Virus record (IMG/VR): IMGVR_UViG_3300023197_000200
Coordinates: 1 to 30,048 of that record
Origin: a virus
Lineage: Duplodnaviria; Caudoviricetes
Length of the DNA: 30,048 nt
Strand: one strand, 5' to 3'
Position numbers and translations under genes: made by a program. Shown one piece after another: positions 16,472-25,622 of this stretch (the first letter of the stretch is position 1; each line of letters begins with the position of its first letter). The notes beneath the pieces were generated by a model. The model did not search any database and was not told the origin of the DNA. It saw only the letters and a program-made list of their open reading frames with translations.

Positions 16472-16645
16472 ATCGACATGCACCACATCGTTCCTCTTGA
16501 AAAATTCAACACCCAAACCGCCGCACATCAGCTAGGGAATCTGATCACACTATGCCCGACACACCATGGCAAAGTGGAACACGGTTCAGTAGAATGCCCG
16601 CAACCAAAATCGCCGATGACGCCAACAGTGGCAGAGGAATGCTAG
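16472..16645 (+). pseudogene. Truncated HNH endonuclease (C-terminal fragment)
   Basis: IDMHHIVP...HQLGNLITLCPTHHGKVE; lacks the upstream RD..CxxC segment; more AT-rich than the flanks. Confidence 0.7.
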
Positions 16646-16664
16646 ATCAAGCGACTAACGCGAG

Positions 16665-17090
16665 GTGCTCAACATCGGCGCTGAATTAGATGGGTTTGAC
16701 TCGTTAAGTCAAACAATTGATGATATATCAGATCGTTGGGGATCTACGAAAAAAGTCGTCTACATAGTCGGGTCATCAGCCAGCCACGCGCCCTATATGG
16801 AGTTCGGGACGCGCCCGCACCCGATTGAGGGCGACCCGCTCGTGTTCACGGTGGGGGGCGAGACGGTCTACACGCAGTCCGTTGATCACCCCGGAACAGA
16901 TCCAAATCCGTTTATGCGCCCAGCTGCCGCTGCCGTCGAGCGACAACTTCAGGGTATCGCCGATGGGAGCGACTCCGTCGAGGAGTTCGTCAAAAAAGCG
17001 GCCCTACTGCTCGAACGAGAAGCGAAGGAGCGCGCCCCGGTCGATACGGGAACCCTCCGGGCAAGTATCGAAGCCCGCCGCGACGAGTAA
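16665..17090 (+). CDS. HK97 gp10-like neck / tail completion protein
   Basis: APYMEFGT, PNPFMRPA and APVDTGTLRASI motifs. Confidence 0.85.
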   Translation: MLNIGAELDGFDSLSQTIDDISDRWGSTKKVVYIVGSSASHAPYMEFGTRPHPIEGDPLVFTVGGETVYTQSVDHPGTDPNPFMRPAAAAVERQLQGIADGSDSVEEFVKKAALLLEREAKERAPVDTGTLRASIEARRDE

Positions 17091-17093
17091 CGC

Positions 17094-17495
17094 ATGTCAC
17101 GCATTACCGACCTCTTGAACGGCAACCGGGCCGCGTTCGATCTCCTCACGAACGAGTTGACAGTCCGCAACTTTATCGAGGACGGGAGCGCCGACGAGTA
17201 CGGCGACGTGCCGATCGTCGAACACTCCGACTCGCCACAGACAGCGGACGGCGTGACGCAGCTCCGCGGCCGTCCCTCGGTCGAATCCGAGCCCGCCGGC
17301 ATCGAAACCGAGGCCGACGCGCGGATCTTCATCGACGTCGATACGTTCGTCACGGATGGCGGCGACACGTGGAACGGCGAGCGCGTCGAATACACCACGA
17401 TCGAAGACGTCGACGGCACGGTGTATCGCGTCGTGAGTGAAGCTAGCCGCGGCGGGCCGTTCCGCGAGTGTCTCGGTCGGAGTGATGACGCATGA
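17094..17495 (+). CDS. Putative head closure (stopper) protein
   Basis: Position; DEYGD motif; beta-rich, ending in DGTVYRV. Confidence 0.6.
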   Translation: MSRITDLLNGNRAAFDLLTNELTVRNFIEDGSADEYGDVPIVEHSDSPQTADGVTQLRGRPSVESEPAGIETEADARIFIDVDTFVTDGGDTWNGERVEYTTIEDVDGTVYRVVSEASRGGPFRECLGRSDDA

Positions 17496-18013
17496 GCGAC
17501 ACGCCAACGACGGCCATCTATGACCTGATTCGCAACGAGTTCGACAAGACGAAGGTCACCCTGCACGGGACGACGCTTGGCGAGCGCCCGGAGATCCACA
17601 CCGGCCGCCACTCCCGGTCGCAGCTCACCCCGGCAATCGCGATCCACTCCCAAGACGAAGGGGTTGTGGATGGCGGGACGACCGGCGCGACCGCGTTCAA
17701 AGGTGACGGGAGTGGCGGCGGCGTGATGCAGATCCGGTCGGGGACGCTCACCGTGAACATCGTCGCCGGGACGCGCGAGGACACCGAGGGACTCGGCGCG
17801 AACGGGGCAGACCTGAATCCGAAGGCGCTCCGCGGCGCACTTGACGACCACATCCAGACAATCCTCATCGAAAATTACTCCATGCCGCCCGATCCGCTCC
17901 GCACCGTCTCCCCCGGCGACACGAGGGATATCGAACGGACGAGCGACGAAGAAGACGTCCGGCCGGAGTACATCCGGCAACTCCCAGCGGCCTACACCCG
18001 CTTCCGCGAGTAG
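17492..18013 (+). CDS. Putative tail terminator protein
   Basis: Size and position just before the tail tube gene; PAIAI motif. Confidence 0.6.
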   Translation: MSDTPTTAIYDLIRNEFDKTKVTLHGTTLGERPEIHTGRHSRSQLTPAIAIHSQDEGVVDGGTTGATAFKGDGSGGGVMQIRSGTLTVNIVAGTREDTEGLGANGADLNPKALRGALDDHIQTILIENYSMPPDPLRTVSPGDTRDIERTSDEEDVRPEYIRQLPAAYTRFRE

Positions 18014-18176
18014 GCCCGCTGACAGCGTACTGTCCTGTGTCGGTATCGATCCACGGGCACAGACTGTTCGTTTCAGCACGGCGCTATTGTGAGGGCCGTG
18101 CCTCCGGTCGCACTACTGTCCGCGGGATGACGGCGGCGTGCCTGACCGCACCGGGGTTGGACACCCTTTGCCAGCC

Positions 18177-18368
18177 ATGCGACTGCAAGTACTCACACGC
18201 GACTCGACCGGCAGCTGTCCGACAACCGAGTTGACAGTCACCGTTGCCGGCGAGCGCTACACTTTCGATGTCGCATCGACGGGCACGTTCCAGTGCCCCG
18301 AACACGTCGGCGAGTACCTCCTCGATACCAGCGCTACTGTCGAGCGGTACACTGACACCACCGACTGA
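18177..18368 (+). CDS. Small hypothetical protein (63 aa, MRLQVLTRD...)
   Basis: ATG at 18177; ends 2 nt before the tail tube start. Confidence 0.65.
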   Translation: MRLQVLTRDSTGSCPTTELTVTVAGERYTFDVASTGTFQCPEHVGEYLLDTSATVERYTDTTD

Positions 18369-18370
18369 TC

Positions 18371-19720
18371 ATGCCAGGTTCAACAGTTCAAAGCGGCGTC
18401 CGTCGCCAGTCAGTCTATTTCGCCCGCGAGGTTGCGGGCGCTGACGGCGAACCGGAGACGCCCAGTAACCCCACGTTCAAGCTGTACAGCTCCGTCATCA
18501 ACTCTGTCGAGATCGACACCGATCCCAACTTCGAGAACCGCGTCGGCCTCGGCAACACGATCGGCCAAGACAAGACCCGCCAGCAGGAGGACCACGAGAT
18601 CACGATCAACTACGACCTCGAACGCTTCCCAACCGACTCCGGCGGCAACCCCAACGACGCCTTCTACGACGTCTCAAAGCGGACTGCGGACAACCAGCCC
18701 GAGAACACCCACACGTTCCTGCTGGTGGAGCAACACAACGCGCTGGCGACCGAGAACACCGTCCACTATCGCTACTTCACCGAGCAGGGCAACACCCACC
18801 CCAACACCGACCCCGGCGCCGCAAACCTCGACACGCGCTATGAGGTGTATGGCGAGGGTGGCATCCCCGAGGAGGCGACGCTGTCGCTCGACCCCGGCGA
18901 TTCGGCGAGTATCGAGGCCGAGATCACGTACATCATCTACACCCGTCGGGACTACCAGATCGACCAGCCCAATGGCGACAAGACCATCTACCTGCGCTCG
19001 ACCGACAGCGCTGACACGGGCATCAGCGTCGGCCTCGAAAACGAGGACGCCAGCACGAGTGAAACGCTGTCGACGGACGGGAACGACGCGACGACCGTCG
19101 TGTCCTCGGCCGAAACCTACAGCACGCTCCGTGTGTCGGTGCCCGCGTCCCACGCCGGCGACATTGAAGTGTATCAGGGCGACGGCACCGACGCCGCCGA
19201 GCTACTGACGGTCATCCGTGGGCAGGACGCCCGCGACGGTATCGAATCCGACGACGGCGTCCCAGCGTTAGGGACGGGCTCCTTCGAGACGGTCAGTGGC
19301 GTCGCCGCACTCGGCGATGCGATCCCGGCGGCAGCGTCGTCGTCGATTGACTTCGACGGCCACAGCGCGGCCGAACAGATCGCCTCGACCGAGCTCACCG
19401 TGAGTAACGAAGTCGAAGACGTCACCACCGGCGAAGGACTGAGCAAGGCCATCTACGCCGGGACGCGCGAGATTAGCGTTGAGTCGTCGGTCTTCGGCGA
19501 GACGGAATCGGCACAGACCTTCGGCGACATGCTCCGAGGCTCGGAAGGTCTGTTCGAGATCCCGACCGCCGAGGGCGACATTCGCGTTGAGCGGGCGTAC
19601 ATCGAGGACGGCGGCAGTCAGGAACGCGAAAGCGGGAACTCCGTTATGCAGACCGACGTCACGTGGATGGGGCTTGAACCGTCCGGGAACACTGACGCAC
19701 TGGTCTTCAACAAGACGTAA
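18371..19720 (+). CDS. Major tail (tube) protein
   Basis: Strong codon bias, beta-rich (HEITINYD, TELTVSNEVE, GTREISVESS); directly upstream of the chaperone and tape measure genes. Confidence 0.8.
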   Translation: MPGSTVQSGVRRQSVYFAREVAGADGEPETPSNPTFKLYSSVINSVEIDTDPNFENRVGLGNTIGQDKTRQQEDHEITINYDLERFPTDSGGNPNDAFYDVSKRTADNQPENTHTFLLVEQHNALATENTVHYRYFTEQGNTHPNTDPGAANLDTRYEVYGEGGIPEEATLSLDPGDSASIEAEITYIIYTRRDYQIDQPNGDKTIYLRSTDSADTGISVGLENEDASTSETLSTDGNDATTVVSSAETYSTLRVSVPASHAGDIEVYQGDGTDAAELLTVIRGQDARDGIESDDGVPALGTGSFETVSGVAALGDAIPAAASSSIDFDGHSAAEQIASTELTVSNEVEDVTTGEGLSKAIYAGTREISVESSVFGETESAQTFGDMLRGSEGLFEIPTAEGDIRVERAYIEDGGSQERESGNSVMQTDVTWMGLEPSGNTDALVFNKT

Positions 19721-19726
19721 TTTCCA

Positions 19727-20248
19727 ATGTCCAACTCCGATACAGACCACGATCCCGACAAGCCCAGCCCGGAGTATGTCGACGACGATGCTGACGATAG
19801 CCTGCTCTCCGCGAACGATATTGGCATCCCGCGTGAGGCCGATGGCTCGCTTCGCGTCGAGCGCGTGTACGTTGAGCGCCTCGGCGGCGACGTGAAGACA
19901 AAACCGATCCGCGAACGCGATTTTAACGACCACGTCCGTCCCTTCGTCGGGGGTCAGACCGACACCATCGACGACGAGGCGATGGCGTACCTCATCAACG
20001 AGTACATCGTCGCGCCGGACCTCACGACCCGGCCGGACGCCCCGGACGACGAGATCCCGCCGGACTGGGTCGGCAAGTCACTCCCGCAAGAGCACCAAGT
20101 CGGCTTGCTGATTGCTATGCTCGAGGTCGGCGGCTACAGCGCGACCGCCGGGCGCCTCCAGGGCGACATCCCTGATGGCGAGAAAGACCTCCTCGTCGAG
20201 ATGCTCAAAGATCCGGACGTTGATCTCACAGAGGCGCAGGGAAACTGA
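19727..20248 (+). CDS. Tail assembly chaperone (lambda gpG analogue)
   Basis: Between tail tube and tape measure; ends in G GGA AAC TGA. Confidence 0.85.
   Translation: MSNSDTDHDPDKPSPEYVDDDADDSLLSANDIGIPREADGSLRVERVYVERLGGDVKTKPIRERDFNDHVRPFVGGQTDTIDDEAMAYLINEYIVAPDLTTRPDAPDDEIPPDWVGKSLPQEHQVGLLIAMLEVGGYSATAGRLQGDIPDGEKDLLVEMLKDPDVDLTEAQGN
20239..20245 (+). promoter_or_regulatory. -1 programmed ribosomal frameshift heptamer GGGAAAC
   Basis: X XXY YYZ in the correct phase immediately before the stop; the -1 frame is open to 20526. Confidence 0.85.
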
Positions 20249-20526
20249 TAGACACGTCCGGCGTCCGCGCTCGCTTAGAGCAGATCCATACCTTGACCGA
20301 CTGTGCGCCGGCTGAACGCCGCGCTGCGATTGAGTTCTTCCTCCACGCGGAGTGTGGCTATCAGTTCTGTGAGACACTGCAAGACCTCACCCACACCGAA
20401 CGCGAGCGACTGTGGGTTGGGTACTGCATCTGGCAGCGCGTGACGACCGACACTGAGTCCGACGGCGCCCAACAGGGCGGCACCGCGGGTGACCATCAGG
20501 CGTTCGACCAATTTGCAAACTCCTAA
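20245..20526 (+). CDS. Frameshift extension of the tail chaperone (gpT analogue)
   Basis: -1 frame reads LIDTSGVRARLEQIHTLTDCAPAERR...DQFANS; it has no ATG start of its own and ends 3 nt before the tape measure gene. Confidence 0.8.
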   Translation: MIDTSGVRARLEQIHTLTDCAPAERRAAIEFFLHAECGYQFCETLQDLTHTERERLWVGYCIWQRVTTDTESDGAQQGGTAGDHQAFDQFANS

Positions 20527-20529
20527 CAC

Positions 20530-23301
20530 ATGGCAATCAACGCAGAAGAACTCCGCGTGACTCTCAGTGCGTCTGGCGGAGCAACCGTCGAGCGGTCGCT
20601 CTCGGAGGTCCAAGACGCATCGAACTCACTCCGGCTGGCGATCGGTCGGCTGGGGAACCGGCTCGAAGGGCTCGGTGACGAACTCACACAGACCGGGGCG
20701 CGGGCCGTCGGGGCGGCTGCCGGTATCACCGGCTACACCGCGGCGACCAATGCGGCCACGGGCGCGTCGGCGACGTGGTCGGCAACGATGACGGCCTCGC
20801 TCATCCCGGCGCTTGGTGCGCTCTCGCTGACACTTGCCCCCCTCGTCGTTACACTCGGGGGGGTCGCTGCTGGGGCAACGGCTGTCATCGGGGCCTTCTC
20901 AGCTATTGTTGGCTCCGGGTTCCTCGCCTATGGTCGGCAACTCGCGGGGACGATGGAGGGCGTCGACAGCCCGACAGAGGCACTCGCCAAACGATTCGGA
21001 CAGCTCCGTCAAGAAATCGCGAATATCATCGCACCGCTGGGATCTGCGTTTATTCCCTTAATCCGGGATGGTCTCAATGCTCTCCCCGACTTAGTCCGGG
21101 CGATCGTCGACAGCCTCGGTCCGCTCGACCAATTCGCTAACACACTCCGACGGCTGGGCCGGTCAGCGATGACGATCATCCCCCAGATCACCGGCGCGAT
21201 GATGGATCTCGCCCGGCGTGCGCTTCCTGTCTTCGAGAGCTTCGTCGCGTTCGTCGGCCAGCGCGGGCCGCAGGCGTTCACCCTCCTCGTCGAGTCGTTC
21301 CGGCGCACCCGTGATGAGTTCGCGCAACTCCTCGGGGCGACTGTCTCGGCGCTCCCGCCACTGCTCCGCTTAGGGAATACGGTGACGACGGTCCTCGTCC
21401 CGGCGTTGTCGGGTTTGATTTCCGGACTCGGGCGGGCCGTCGCGGTGTTTAACGACCTCCCGCGTCCACTCCGTCGCGGTGCCACCGCAGCTGGCCTTCT
21501 CGGCTCTGCGTTCGTCGTCGCAGTCCCCGCGGTCACGGCGATCGCGGGTGCAATCTCGGCGTTACTCGGCCCGCTCGGCGCGGCTGTCATCGCCATCTCG
21601 ACGCTCGCCGGCGCGTGGGTCGCAGACATCGGCGGGATGCGGAAGGCGACGGCGCGCGTGTTCGGAGCGATCCAAACGGAGGTTCGTAAAACGTTCCGGA
21701 CGATTAACACCATCACGGACGGTGCCCTTAGGCAGCTCACCACAACGATCCGCTCGTTCGCCACGGCAGCACAGTCGAACTTTGGCCAGATCGTCACGTA
21801 TCTGTCGACGCAGTTTATCGCTGGTATTCAAACGGTCGGCCGAACGATACGGACTACGCTTCGGTCGTTGGAGAGGGTGTGGAACACTCACGGCCAGCGC
21901 GTGCGCGGCATCGTCCAGCAACTCACGACGTTCCTCAAGCGGAACCCGCGGCGGGCGTTGACCACGCTCGCGACGGTTATCGTCCCCGGGCCGCTGGCGA
22001 GTATCGTCCAGGCATTCCGGAGGAACTGGGCAAAGGTGCAGCGAGCGACGCAGACAACGATGACGCAACTCCAGCGGACGACTCGGACGGCGATGCAAGC
22101 GATTAACCGCCAGATCGTCACAGAACTTACCAACACTCAGAGCCGGACTGCTCAGACGCTCACCCAGATCCAGACTGAGTTCTCGCAGACGTGGACGATA
22201 ATTCAATCCATCGTTTCACGCGTCCTCGGTATTCTGCTCACCATCCAGACCAACCACACGCAGAAGGTGGGGGCGCTGTGGCGGCAGCATCTCTCCGGAC
22301 CGAACGGCATCCTCGCAAACGCGCGGACGGCGTTCAACACGCTGTGGACAAACATCATCCAGCCGACGCTAAACATTATCCAGGCCGGGTGGCGGATGTT
22401 CGGCGATGAGATCCTCGCTATCACACGCTTCTCGCTTGAAGCCATCCTTGCGGTCAGTCGCCGCGTGACTGACCTCTTGCTGACGACGATTAACGTGACG
22501 CTCGACCTTATTTCGGGCGACTGGCAGGGGGCGTGGACGAACATTCGGGCCTTCACCGAGCGAACGCTTACGGCTATCTTGAACTTCTCGCGGCGGTGGG
22601 GGTCGCGCTTCCTCAGCTGGCTGCGGGGCGTTCTCGCCGACGCGCTTCAATCCTTCCGGGCGTGGGCGAACAACCTCATCTTCGGGAGTCTCATCCCGCG
22701 GATGTTCGGTGCAATCTTGAGTGCGGCACGGTCGTTCGGCTCAACGCTCGTCAGTACGCTGTCGGGCGCGCTGTCGGACGTCGTGAGTGCGTTCCGGTCG
22801 GCGCTCTCTCGGGTTGAGTCGATGGCGTCGAGCATCATCAGCAGCGCGCGGAACGCGTCCTCGACAGCCGACAGTGCACTCAACGACGCCCGCGATGCAC
22901 TCGACGACGCGCGCGACGCGGCACAGTCTGCGTTGAACGTCGACGTAAGTGGTGGCGGCGATGGCGGTGACGACGACGGCGGTGGCGGCGGGGGCGGTGG
23001 CAGTGGTGGGGGTGGCAGTGTGAGCGCTGGTAGTGGTGGCGGTGGCGGCGGTGACCTGACTGCGTTCGCGACGGGTGGCCTCACTCGGGGCGAAGGGCTC
23101 GCGTACCTCCACCCAAACGAAGCTGTGCTCCCAGTCGATGCCGGTGCCGACGCCCTCGTCGATGCGATGAGTGGCGGCGGTGGCGGCGGCGACACACAGC
23201 AGGTGCTCGTCGTCAAGGACAACGAGTTCCGCGGTATCGAAGACGGTGAGGACGTGATCAAGACGCTCGAACGCGAGGGCGCCAGCGTGTTCCGCCAGTA
23301 A
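20530..23301 (+). CDS. Tail tape measure protein (923 aa)
   Basis: Long Ala/Leu/Thr-rich helical protein with periodic W/F; C-terminal FATGG...AYLHPNEAVLP motif. Confidence 0.93.
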   Translation: MAINAEELRVTLSASGGATVERSLSEVQDASNSLRLAIGRLGNRLEGLGDELTQTGARAVGAAAGITGYTAATNAATGASATWSATMTASLIPALGALSLTLAPLVVTLGGVAAGATAVIGAFSAIVGSGFLAYGRQLAGTMEGVDSPTEALAKRFGQLRQEIANIIAPLGSAFIPLIRDGLNALPDLVRAIVDSLGPLDQFANTLRRLGRSAMTIIPQITGAMMDLARRALPVFESFVAFVGQRGPQAFTLLVESFRRTRDEFAQLLGATVSALPPLLRLGNTVTTVLVPALSGLISGLGRAVAVFNDLPRPLRRGATAAGLLGSAFVVAVPAVTAIAGAISALLGPLGAAVIAISTLAGAWVADIGGMRKATARVFGAIQTEVRKTFRTINTITDGALRQLTTTIRSFATAAQSNFGQIVTYLSTQFIAGIQTVGRTIRTTLRSLERVWNTHGQRVRGIVQQLTTFLKRNPRRALTTLATVIVPGPLASIVQAFRRNWAKVQRATQTTMTQLQRTTRTAMQAINRQIVTELTNTQSRTAQTLTQIQTEFSQTWTIIQSIVSRVLGILLTIQTNHTQKVGALWRQHLSGPNGILANARTAFNTLWTNIIQPTLNIIQAGWRMFGDEILAITRFSLEAILAVSRRVTDLLLTTINVTLDLISGDWQGAWTNIRAFTERTLTAILNFSRRWGSRFLSWLRGVLADALQSFRAWANNLIFGSLIPRMFGAILSAARSFGSTLVSTLSGALSDVVSAFRSALSRVESMASSIISSARNASSTADSALNDARDALDDARDAAQSALNVDVSGGGDGGDDDGGGGGGGGSGGGGSVSAGSGGGGGGDLTAFATGGLTRGEGLAYLHPNEAVLPVDAGADALVDAMSGGGGGGDTQQVLVVKDNEFRGIEDGEDVIKTLEREGASVFRQ
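22948..23053 (+). repeat. GGN low-complexity tract encoding a poly-Gly linker
   Basis: SGGGDGGDDDGGGGGGGGSGGGGSVSAGSGGGGGG. Confidence 0.8.
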
Positions 23302-23303
23302 TC

Positions 23304-24830
23304 ATGACTCGCTACACGACCGATGCCGAACTCGTGGTGACGAAGCCGACTGAGTCGGAGCGCTATAGCTTCATCGTCCCTAGTGACGATATCCTCAGCT
23401 TCGAGCTGTCCTCGAAGGCCGGCCGGCGCGTCGACAGCGGGAGTCTCGTCATCGATAACGAAGGGTATCAGTACACGACTGGCGGGATGCAACTCGATAG
23501 CGACGATCGCCTTGAGCTGTGGGTGAGCGACGAGGATACGGACACGATGTCTGGTGACGGCTTCTCGACCGGCCCATTCGGTGCCGGACCGTTCGGCGGG
23601 CTCCCCGACGATCGGGTTGCGACCGCGATCGCCACGAACCCGACCATCTCGTCGCCGCGACAGTCGTCGACGTTGGCGATCGACATCGAGGACTTCGTCT
23701 TCAACCGGCTTAACGAGCGCAACGCCTTCTACTCGGAGGTAGGCCGACAAATCGTCACGGGCGACGACAACAGCCCGGGCCATTTGGACGCCATCCTCAA
23801 GCAGTATGCGCCGGAGGTTGACCGCTCGCAACTAGTGTCGATCAACGCGACGATCGATTATGCGGCCGACGGCATCGAAGTCGCAAAAGCCGTCGGCGAG
23901 CTGGCGAGTCACGCCCGCGCACAGACCGGCGAGCCCGTGATCGCAACGTCACGCGGGACGTCCCTGGTCTTTACACCACTCCCCGATCGGACCAACACTG
24001 CGATTACTGCGACGCTCGACGGCAGTTCTCTTGGCGACCCGAGTACGTCGCTGACGCCGCCGCGGGCGAACGAGATTCGCGTCGAAGGCGGGATCGATGA
24101 CGAAAACAAGATCGACGACTCACAGACAACCCAAAGCGCGTACGTCACCATCACCGACACGAATCGCCAACAGGTCCGCGTTCGGGCTCGGAAGCGTGAA
24201 CTCACCCGGTTTGAGGTGTGGACGCGGAAGCTTGAGGGGTCGTCGGATACACTCCGCGTGCGGATTCAGGCCGACGACGGCGGGGCGCCGATCGCGCCGG
24301 CCGACACCGATTCCGACATTGCGTCGGGGACGGCCGAGTCACCGCCCGACACGACCGGTGGGTACCAAGAGGTGCGGCTGGGCGAATACACCCTCGCGCC
24401 GCAGGGGAATCCGTGGGTCATCTTTGAGGCTGACGGGAGTGACGGCATCGAACTTGGGACGGACGGCTCGACGCCCACATACATCGCCCACTTCCCGAAG
24501 CCCGTCATCGTCGAAATCCCGGACCAGCCGTCACAATCAACCTATCGGCAACACGACGCCGTCATCGAAGACGAGTCGCTCGTCACGTTTCCGGCGGCCG
24601 AACAACTCGCCCGGCGGGAGTTAGAACGGCAAGCCGATCAGCGCGTCGAGCTGACCGGCGAGGCGCTCACCGACACCGTCCACGGGTTGCGGGTCGGCGA
24701 CCTCGTCGAGGTAGACCAGCCGGGGCTCCGCGCCGTCGGCCCGCATATCGTCACCGAACGCACCGCTACCTTCGATGGGCCAACACTCCGCGAGGAGTAC
24801 CGGCTCGAGGGCTACGACACATACGCATGA
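23304..24830 (+). CDS. Tail tip / baseplate hub protein
   Basis: Follows the tape measure gene; NEIRVEGG, SQSTYRQHDAVIED, LRVGDLVEV hub-like pattern. Confidence 0.7.
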   Translation: MTRYTTDAELVVTKPTESERYSFIVPSDDILSFELSSKAGRRVDSGSLVIDNEGYQYTTGGMQLDSDDRLELWVSDEDTDTMSGDGFSTGPFGAGPFGGLPDDRVATAIATNPTISSPRQSSTLAIDIEDFVFNRLNERNAFYSEVGRQIVTGDDNSPGHLDAILKQYAPEVDRSQLVSINATIDYAADGIEVAKAVGELASHARAQTGEPVIATSRGTSLVFTPLPDRTNTAITATLDGSSLGDPSTSLTPPRANEIRVEGGIDDENKIDDSQTTQSAYVTITDTNRQQVRVRARKRELTRFEVWTRKLEGSSDTLRVRIQADDGGAPIAPADTDSDIASGTAESPPDTTGGYQEVRLGEYTLAPQGNPWVIFEADGSDGIELGTDGSTPTYIAHFPKPVIVEIPDQPSQSTYRQHDAVIEDESLVTFPAAEQLARRELERQADQRVELTGEALTDTVHGLRVGDLVEVDQPGLRAVGPHIVTERTATFDGPTLREEYRLEGYDTYA

Positions 24831-25072
24831 CACGCAACAACCGCGCGCGGCGACTCATCAACTATCTGTACGGGATCGAATCCCGTGTCACCGACCTCGA
24901 GCAGGGGCGCCCCGGCGAGGTCGCGACGCGACAGGTGGAGCGAGTCGTCGACGAGCAGGCGCAGTCGGATAGCGTCACCGACCAGTCCCGCAGCGACTTC
25001 GTCGCCGAATGGGACACCACCGCGCAAGGCTACGATCGGTCACAGTGGGCCGACGAGACGGGTGGGATCTGA
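24827..25072 (+). CDS. Small tail-associated protein (81 aa)
   Basis: Coupled at both ends; short coiled coil (IESRVTDLEQ) and W-containing C-terminus. Confidence 0.7.
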   Translation: MTRNNRARRLINYLYGIESRVTDLEQGRPGEVATRQVERVVDEQAQSDSVTDQSRSDFVAEWDTTAQGYDRSQWADETGGI

Positions 25073-25620
25073 TGTCTACCGACCACACCACGGCCCAACA
25101 GTCGCAGACGGACAACGTCGCCGTCGCTGTGTTCGACCTCGCAATAGTCCGCTACCAGATCCCCGAGTGGGACGCGCTCCCGCGCAGCGCCCGGCTCTAC
25201 CACCTGATCGATGGCGATATCGCCCCGTGGCGGATTGAAGAGTCCAGCAACGTCACGACGACTGGACTGCACGAGCTGACGGCCGAGCTCCTCGCACTCA
25301 ACGCCGGGCAGGGCGACGACATCGACCCGATCGACACGCTGCTGTTGGGCGATGACGACTCATCGTTCGCGACCGGAGATGCGAGTCTCAACAACAAGGT
25401 CGGCGAGATACAAGTCACAGACCAGAGCGCGAGCGGGGCGACGTTTGAAGTCAACGAGTTCCTCTCGTCGAATCAGTTGAACGGCGAGACGATCGCCGAA
25501 CTCGGCCTCCAGACGGCGAGCGGGCGGCTGTGCAATCACGCCCCGACGACGACGAACTACACGAAAGATAGTCAGATTGCGATCCTGTTCAACATCGAAA
25601 TCACGATGAGCGACACCTAA
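25072..25620 (+). CDS. Baseplate / tail fibre attachment protein (182 aa)
   Basis: Start re-assigned to ATG 25072 (TGATG overlap); NVTTTG...LG...D.SL...NGETIAELGL pattern. Confidence 0.65.
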   Translation: MSTDHTTAQQSQTDNVAVAVFDLAIVRYQIPEWDALPRSARLYHLIDGDIAPWRIEESSNVTTTGLHELTAELLALNAGQGDDIDPIDTLLLGDDDSSFATGDASLNNKVGEIQVTDQSASGATFEVNEFLSSNQLNGETIAELGLQTASGRLCNHAPTTTNYTKDSQIAILFNIEITMSDT

Positions 25621-25622
25621 CG

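Noticed and set aside
22948-23053. G-rich tract as a regulatory repeat or G-quadruplex element
   Set aside because: Fully explained by an in-frame poly-Gly linker with mixed GGT/GGC codons.
10211-23831. Long minus-strand ORFs (10211-11347, 13384-14634, 16949-18079, 22647-23831 and others)
   Set aside because: Shadow ORFs antisense to well-supported GC-rich genes; Arg/Ser/Val-rich with no motifs.
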